A model generated the notes under the pieces. It saw only the letters and a program-made list of their open reading frames with translations, ran no database searches and had not been told where the DNA came from. Of a stretch of DNA of 64,000 nt, positions 56,306 to 64,000 are shown one piece after another (within the stretch, counting starts at the first letter, position 1; the number at the start of each line of letters is the position of its first letter). A program made the translations under genes and the position numbers. Origin of the DNA: Candidatus Pacebacteria bacterium GW2011_GWA1_46_10 (GTDB lineage: Bacteria; Patescibacteriota; Microgenomatia; UBA1400; PJMF01); contig LCLP01000001.1 in NCBI GenBank assembly GCA_001002135.1, positions 8,417 to 72,416 on the forward strand, read 5' to 3'.

Positions 56306-56415
56306 AAGCCTCTCTGTTCGGGAAAACAGAAAATTGATATTCTCGCTTCGACCGCCGCCTTGGCGGGGTCGAGAGCAGAATCCCTCACCCGATAGTTGAA
56401 AAAAAACAGTGGCAC

Positions 56416-56489
56416 GGGCCCTTAGCTCAGTTGGCTAGAGCGCTACATTTGCAATGTAGAGGTCAAGGGTTCGAGCCCCTTAGGGTCCA
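56416..56489 (+). tRNA. tRNA-Ala (anticodon UGC)
   Basis: GGGCCCT/AGGGTCC acceptor stem with G3:U70, anticodon arm CTACA(TT TGC AA)TGTAG, and T arm AAGGG(TTCGAGC)CCCTT. CCA is not encoded. Confidence 0.96.
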
Positions 56490-56647
56490 CAGGATTCTAG
56501 GGCTGTTTGTTATTCGTTCTCTGGCAACCTCACCGGGTTGTGCTGAGAGCGAACAACAAGCAGCTCACACTGTTTGACGCTCCTTAAAAAGTGAAGAGAA
56601 TTGTCATTTGAAATAGATACATTCGTCGAGAATGAAAATTATTTCGC

Positions 56648-59511
<2,864 letters not shown>

Positions 59512-59615
59512 GTGAAATTTTGTTCTTTGACGCATGTAATTACAAGATGACAAACACTCTTCACTTTTTAGGGAGCGAAAGCTCTTTTAAATATCTTTTA
59601 AAAAAAGCGTTTTAT

Positions 59616-59731
59616 TCTGGTCTCTAGAGCGAGGTGGTACCAACTCTTCCCATCCCGAACAGAGTCTTGAAACGCCTCAGCGCTGACAATAGTTTTCCCT
59701 TGTTGGAAAGCGAAGATAGGTCGAGGCCAGA
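59616..59731 (+). rRNA. rrf: 5S ribosomal RNA
   Basis: TCTGGTCTC/GAGGCCAGA helix I and the CCCATCCCGAAC loop C motif. Confidence 0.94.
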
Positions 59732-59745
59732 ATCAAGCGCTTTTT

Positions 59746-60015
59746 TTATTTTCCGTAGACTTGTTTGTGAGTGCCCATGCTAAAGAAATAATATTGATTA
59801 TCACTGATAAATACCAACCTAAAATTTTTATCAACTGAAATGCTCCAAACATTTTTTAAACTGCCGTGCAATTTGTGCAAGCGCAGTGATGGATGTCGAG
59901 GGTTGATTTGGAAAACTTTTAATTGTTTTTTGACTTTTGAAAAAAGTTGACGATCGTTATGTTTGAGGTGTCGGAGTTGTCTCTGGAAAGTGGAGCTAAA
60001 AGTAATTGGTTTCAT
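59746..60015 (-). CDS. RelE/YafQ-like type II toxin
   Basis: FSSTFQRQL..NPRHPSLRLHKLHG...WSISV..FRLVF..GTH. Confidence 0.85.
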   Translation of the reverse strand: MKPITFSSTFQRQLRHLKHNDRQLFSKVKKQLKVFQINPRHPSLRLHKLHGSLKNVWSISVDKNFRLVFISDNQYYFFSMGTHKQVYGK

Positions 60016-60266
60016 AAGTTGTTGAAGTATTCATCCAGGTCGCCAACTTCAACAGCCTGATTCCTTTCTTTTAGTGCTTGTTTATACCACTTTTTCATTA
60101 AATCGGAGGTGGGAAAACTGGGATAGGCGATATCGCGTACGTCATTAATGATCAAATTTTTGACATAAGAAGACAAACTCAAGCCAAGCTTGTTGGCTTT
60201 AACTTGCAGATAAGACTGCAATTGTACTGGTAAAGTAACCCGTAATTGGGCGTTTTGAACTTGCAT
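60012..60266 (-). CDS. Cognate antitoxin (ribbon-helix-helix-like)
   Basis: LRVTLP..LQVKANKLGLSLSSYVKNLI with an acidic tail. ATGA overlap with the toxin. Promoter TTGAAA-17-TATTAT-N6-ATG. Confidence 0.78.
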   Translation of the reverse strand: MQVQNAQLRVTLPVQLQSYLQVKANKLGLSLSSYVKNLIINDVRDIAYPSFPTSDLMKKWYKQALKERNQAVEVGDLDEYFNNL

Positions 60267-60319
60267 ATGACTATAATACGACACTATTTTGTCTTTTTCA
60301 AGTCTTTTTATAGGCAATA

Positions 60320-61399
60320 TTAATAGTGCTTGATTTTTAGCCAAGCCAGTTCTTCCGCCAAAGCCCTGTTACCGATTTCCAATCTTTCAAGTAAATCTGG
60401 AGCTTTATCAACTTGATAACGTTTTATTCGTAAGGCCATCTTGGAAATGGTGTAGCGTAAGCGATAAAAGTGAAATCTTTCTTCGTAGTCATCTGGTAAT
60501 TTGGCGATTTCTGTGTAGCCTCTCATGAAGTTTTCTATCCGTGCTAAATCAAAAAAAGTGGACCAGCAGGCAAGGTCGGCTACTGGATCGCCAGCATGAC
60601 ACTCATCCCAGTCCAGTACGCCCGTTAAAGTTTTGCCATCGGTCAATAAATTCCAATCCGCGAAGTCGTTTTGGATGAGGCGGGAATCATTAGGTGGTTC
60701 AAAGTTTTTTTCTGCGAAGATTTTTTTGAAGTTATTTGCTTGCTCGATATTAATAATTTTATAGCGTCTGAGCCGTTGGATGTTTTCGTCGAGACCAGCG
60801 TGAATAAAATCATGATACGAACGGTGTAAACCAATCAGCTTACCATTTTTTGCTTGCTGATTGTTAAAAGGTCCAAAACCTTCAACTTTTATTTCATGAA
60901 TCTTAGCCATTGTTTTCCCGCATTCATAAAGCAGTTGTTTTTCTAAAGACTTGTCTTTGGCAAGCAGGACGTCCATTGTGATACCACTAGCTTGAGTCAT
61001 CAGCACAAAATCCATATCTTCAGTTGTTTTTGATTCATGCACTTCAAGGATAAGTGGCACGGGGATAGCATGTTTTTTTGCCAATTTTAGAACCAGTTTT
61101 TCCACGAAAAAGTAGCCATTTTTCACGCCAGCAGGGTGCATCCTGACAACGTAAGGTTTGCCGTTGATCAGGATTTTTCGGACGATATTAACATTCCCTT
61201 TTACCACGTTTTCATCTGGAGATTCGATTTTAATGGAGTTTATCCCGCCAAGTGAAGTAAGGCCGTTTTTGAGTATAGTTTCAAGCACGGTGGCGGGTGT
61301 GTCATGTCGTTGTAAGAAAATTCGTTGGTAGTCTTCGGGGGATAAATTTCGGTCAGTTTGCCAGTAAAAGCAGTCTGAGCGGTCGGTGAGATCAAGCAT
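60320..61399 (-). CDS. Aminoglycoside-phosphotransferase/choline-kinase-like kinase
   Basis: YVVRM, IPVP, LIQNDFADWNLL, GVLDWDE and GDPVADLA. Confidence 0.82.
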   Translation of the reverse strand: MLDLTDRSDCFYWQTDRNLSPEDYQRIFLQRHDTPATVLETILKNGLTSLGGINSIKIESPDENVVKGNVNIVRKILINGKPYVVRMHPAGVKNGYFFVEKLVLKLAKKHAIPVPLILEVHESKTTEDMDFVLMTQASGITMDVLLAKDKSLEKQLLYECGKTMAKIHEIKVEGFGPFNNQQAKNGKLIGLHRSYHDFIHAGLDENIQRLRRYKIINIEQANNFKKIFAEKNFEPPNDSRLIQNDFADWNLLTDGKTLTGVLDWDECHAGDPVADLACWSTFFDLARIENFMRGYTEIAKLPDDYEERFHFYRLRYTISKMALRIKRYQVDKAPDLLERLEIGNRALAEELAWLKIKHY

Positions 61400-61405
61400 T
61401 ATTTT

Positions 61406-61645
61406 TTACAGCCCAAATACAAAGTACAAAAACAGTCCTGTAGTCAGCGACAGGTGTAACCAGCCGAGGAAAGAAATTTCCAGTTCCAGTGGGGTAATCA
61501 GGGTTCTTTTCATCACGGAAATCTGGCGGATAACAACGAAAGCGAAGGCAAAGTAAAGTGCGCCGCCAATAATGAAGAGCAACTTGACTAACATTAAGAT
61601 GGCGGTTTGAGCGCCGGTGCCGGCAAGGTCAAAGCCAAAGTTCAT
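61406..61645 (-). CDS. DUF5657-like small membrane protein
   Basis: KLLFI..LYFAFAFVVIRQISVM..TL, with two TM helices. Confidence 0.68.
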   Translation of the reverse strand: MNFGFDLAGTGAQTAILMLVKLLFIIGGALYFAFAFVVIRQISVMKRTLITPLELEISFLGWLHLSLTTGLFLYFVFGL

Positions 61646-62343
61646 TGTACCCTCCCTTCTGCTTTTTCCCGCTCTTCCTCCAGTAACAACTCATTAAGGA
61701 GTGCTGCTACTCTGGCTGGGTGAGGGATATTTTCAAATTGGATCTCTCGTTGTTCGCCAGCAGTTTGAATGTAGACCGTGCCGTAGTCCAGCACTGACGC
61801 CAGGAAACCACCGGTTTTGGAGCTGATATCCTGAATGACATCGATCTTAGCGGAGGAAACGTCTTTGAAAAGCAGTGAAACAAAATCAACATCGATCACT
61901 CGCTCGTCGGTGATGATAAAAACACTGTAAAACCAAATAAGAAAAGTAGCCAAGGCGTAACTAAAAGTTAACAGATACCACCCCAAATTGAGACCGAGAA
62001 TGTATGAACCAGGCAAGAAGCTGGTAAAAAAACTACTCCCGGAGAGAAGTGGGAGTACCACTGCCACAGTGATAATCACGACTTGTTTTAAAAGTGTAAT
62101 CGGGTGAGGTCGTAACAGGAGAATAATTTGTTCATCGCTAGTTTGGGTGTCGAATGAAGTTCTCTCAGGCTTGGGCATGTATGAGCGCCAGTGGCTTCTG
62201 GTTGGCCTTTCTTTGCGCATTACCGCTGAATATTCGTCGACACTACGAGACTTTTTTACCTTACCAATATGAGTAAGTTTAGTGGTTGGTGTTTTGTGGG
62301 GAGAAGCTGGAGTTTTGGCCGGAGAGGTAAAAATATCAGGCAT
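61642..62343 (-). CDS. Membrane protein with a bacterial PH (bPH_2) domain
   Basis: EQIILLLRPH, FIITDERVID, IQDIS, DYGTVYIQTAG and FENIPHP. TATAAT-N8-ATG. Confidence 0.8.
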   Translation of the reverse strand: MPDIFTSPAKTPASPHKTPTTKLTHIGKVKKSRSVDEYSAVMRKERPTRSHWRSYMPKPERTSFDTQTSDEQIILLLRPHPITLLKQVVIITVAVVLPLLSGSSFFTSFLPGSYILGLNLGWYLLTFSYALATFLIWFYSVFIITDERVIDVDFVSLLFKDVSSAKIDVIQDISSKTGGFLASVLDYGTVYIQTAGEQREIQFENIPHPARVAALLNELLLEEEREKAEGRVQ

Positions 62344-62409
62344 GAGTATCAATTATACACGTTCGAATCGGTGCTAGTCATTTGAGAGGAGATTTGATAT
62401 CTTCAAAGG

Positions 62410-63162
62410 ATGCCAAGAAAAACCCGCTCCCCAAAAAAATCTGCCCGGTCAACTACAGCTACGAGTGTGCTGGCCGCCAGGCTTGCTACTGCGGCGAAAA
62501 AGCCAAATACTTCAGTGATTGAGCGTTTACTTGGTTTCTTTCGTTTTTCCAGGGTACGGGGATTTTTTGGTCAGCGAAGGAATGTGATTTTCACTGTCGT
62601 CATTTTGGTAATACTTATTTTGCTGTATTTACTCAAAAGTGTGCTGATTGTGGCTGTGGTCAATGGTCAACCAATTTATCGCTGGACAGTCGTTACTCAA
62701 CTGGAAAAACAGGGTGGGCAGCAAATGTTGGACTCGTTGGTGGTCGAAGCGCTGGTTAAACAAGCAATTAAGAGTGCCGGCGTTGAAGCTGATCAAGCAG
62801 AAATCGACGCGCGTATCACGGAGATTGAAAATCAACTCACTCAACAGGGTATGACGCTCGAAACAGCGCTGGAGCAGGAAGGTTTGACCAGGAGAGAGCT
62901 GGAAGATAACCTCAAGTTGCAATGGGCGGCTGAGCAGTTGGTGGCCAGTTCTGTGACGGTTTCTGAGGAAGAAATAGATACCTATCTTGAGAATAATCAA
63001 GAGTTTTTGCCGACCGACATGACTGAGGAAGAACTGCGAACCACGGTGCGCGAACAACTGTATAGCAGCAAACTCAGTGAGGCAATTGGCCAATGGGTGG
63101 AAGACCTGCGATCTAAAGCACAGATTCTCTATCTTAAGGAGTATCAACCGGTTGGTTTTTAA
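62410..63162 (+). CDS. SurA N-terminal-domain chaperone (PrsA-like, no PPIase domain)
   Basis: TM helix, VAVVNGQPI, LDSLVVEALVKQ, VTVSEEEI..Y and WVEDLRSKAQI. Confidence 0.8.
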   Translation: MPRKTRSPKKSARSTTATSVLAARLATAAKKPNTSVIERLLGFFRFSRVRGFFGQRRNVIFTVVILVILILLYLLKSVLIVAVVNGQPIYRWTVVTQLEKQGGQQMLDSLVVEALVKQAIKSAGVEADQAEIDARITEIENQLTQQGMTLETALEQEGLTRRELEDNLKLQWAAEQLVASSVTVSEEEIDTYLENNQEFLPTDMTEEELRTTVREQLYSSKLSEAIGQWVEDLRSKAQILYLKEYQPVGF

Positions 63163-63168
63163 GAACAG

Positions 63169-64000
63169 TTAATTTTTCAGCACCGCGAGAAACGCCTCTT
63201 GGTTGAGTTCGACTTTACCAATTGATTTCATTTTCTTTTTGCCCTTACTCTGTTTCCTGAGTAACTTCATGCGGCGCGTCACATCGCCGCCGTAGAGTTT
63301 GGCCGTCACGTCCTTGCGATAGGCTTTTAGGGTTTCGCGAGCAATGATTTTGCCGCCAATGGCTGCTTGGATCGGTACTTCAAACATCTGGCGGGGGATG
63401 ATTTCTTTGAGTTTTTTTACCAATGAGCGGCCTTTTTCCTCTGCTTTGTCTGTTACGGCGATAAAACTCAAAGCCTCTACCACTTCATGGTTAATGAGAA
63501 TATTGACCTTCACGGCATCGACGTTTTTGTACCCAGTGATCTCGTATTCCAATGAGGCAAAACCAGAGCTGGCGGATTTGAGTAAATCATGGAAATCGGT
63601 GATTAACTCAGCGAGAGGGAGGGCGTATTCCAGTCGGACGCGGGTGCCAGTGTGGGTGGTGTTCAAGAGTGTACCGCGTTTTTCTCTGGTCAGCTTATAA
63701 ATGGTTGGAATATAGTTTGCCGGGGTGAAGATCATGGCTTTGGTCATTGGTTCTTTGATCAGTTCAATCGAACTGGGATCCGGAAATTCAGCGGGACTAT
63801 TAACAGTAAAAGTTTTACTTTGTTTGTTGACGATTTGGTAACTGACCGAAGGGGCCGTGGCAATCAGATCGAGGTCAAACTCTCTTGTCAGTCGTTCGCG
63901 GACAATCTCGGCGTGAAAAATGCCCAAAAAACCCACGCGCAGTCCATTTCCCAGTGCCGCGGAGTGAGTAGGTTTGCTTTGTAAGGCTGAGTCGTGCAAT
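63169..64000 (-). CDS. lepA: Elongation factor 4 (3' part; 5' end outside the window)
   Basis: GFLGIFHAEIVRERL.REF, IPRQMFEVPIQA, RKDVTAKLYGGD.TR and KGKKKMK.IG.V. Confidence 0.96.
   Translation of the reverse strand, partial: LHDSALQSKPTHSAALGNGLRVGFLGIFHAEIVRERLTREFDLDLIATAPSVSYQIVNKQSKTFTVNSPAEFPDPSSIELIKEPMTKAMIFTPANYIPTIYKLTREKRGTLLNTTHTGTRVRLEYALPLAELITDFHDLLKSASSGFASLEYEITGYKNVDAVKVNILINHEVVEALSFIAVTDKAEEKGRSLVKKLKEIIPRQMFEVPIQAAIGGKIIARETLKAYRKDVTAKLYGGDVTRRMKLLRKQSKGKKKMKSIGKVELNQEAFLAVLKN

Noticed and set aside
60320-61399. Bona fide aminoglycoside resistance gene
   Set aside because: Only the general APH/choline-kinase fold motifs are visible, so the substrate cannot be inferred.

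Overview
Gene-dense chromosomal window in the standard bacterial code (TGA is used as a stop). It is most likely from a Patescibacteria/CPR genome, probably Microgenomates. That is inferred from DUF4012, DUF5654 and DUF5657 proteins, VirB2-like pilin paralogs, a VirD4-like ATPase, an ATP-dependent DNA ligase and a short ValRS. Housekeeping genes: rplY, valS, uppS, recF, pth, rpsA and a partial lepA. Envelope and accessory content: a tandem array of seven TrbC/VirB2-like pilins opposite an ECF-sigma/recF unit; a DUF35 OB-fold + Nudix-like + isopentenyl phosphate kinase module; a MacAB-type exporter; three modular Cys-rich, Pro/Thr-linker surface proteins; and a ~20 kb glycan locus (34.1-53.9 kb). 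The glycan locus holds a GT2-YdjC fusion, two GT-C transferases, a tandem GlnD-like nucleotidyltransferase, Wzm/Wzt and two O-antigen-ligase-like proteins. RNA genes: tRNA-Ile with a UAU anticodon, and a tRNA-Ala-23S-5S operon with its own promoter and no 16S gene. Most notable signals: (1) window-wide leaderless gene architecture, with a -10 box 6-8 nt before many start codons; (2) a remodelled 23S rRNA, with a ~40 nt loss in helix 68, a simplified helix 78, recurring UUUA-capped palindromes and macrolide-site variants; (3) a lipid-linked amino-sugar transfer cassette and ligase-like enzymes in a lineage not known to make LPS, suggesting surface protein glycosylation; (4) a pilin array with one clearly dominant member; (5) a 14-bp inverted repeat bracketing the -35 box of the Fic promoter. 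No CRISPR array, prophage or transposase was seen. All family calls come from motif recognition by eye, not from database searches.
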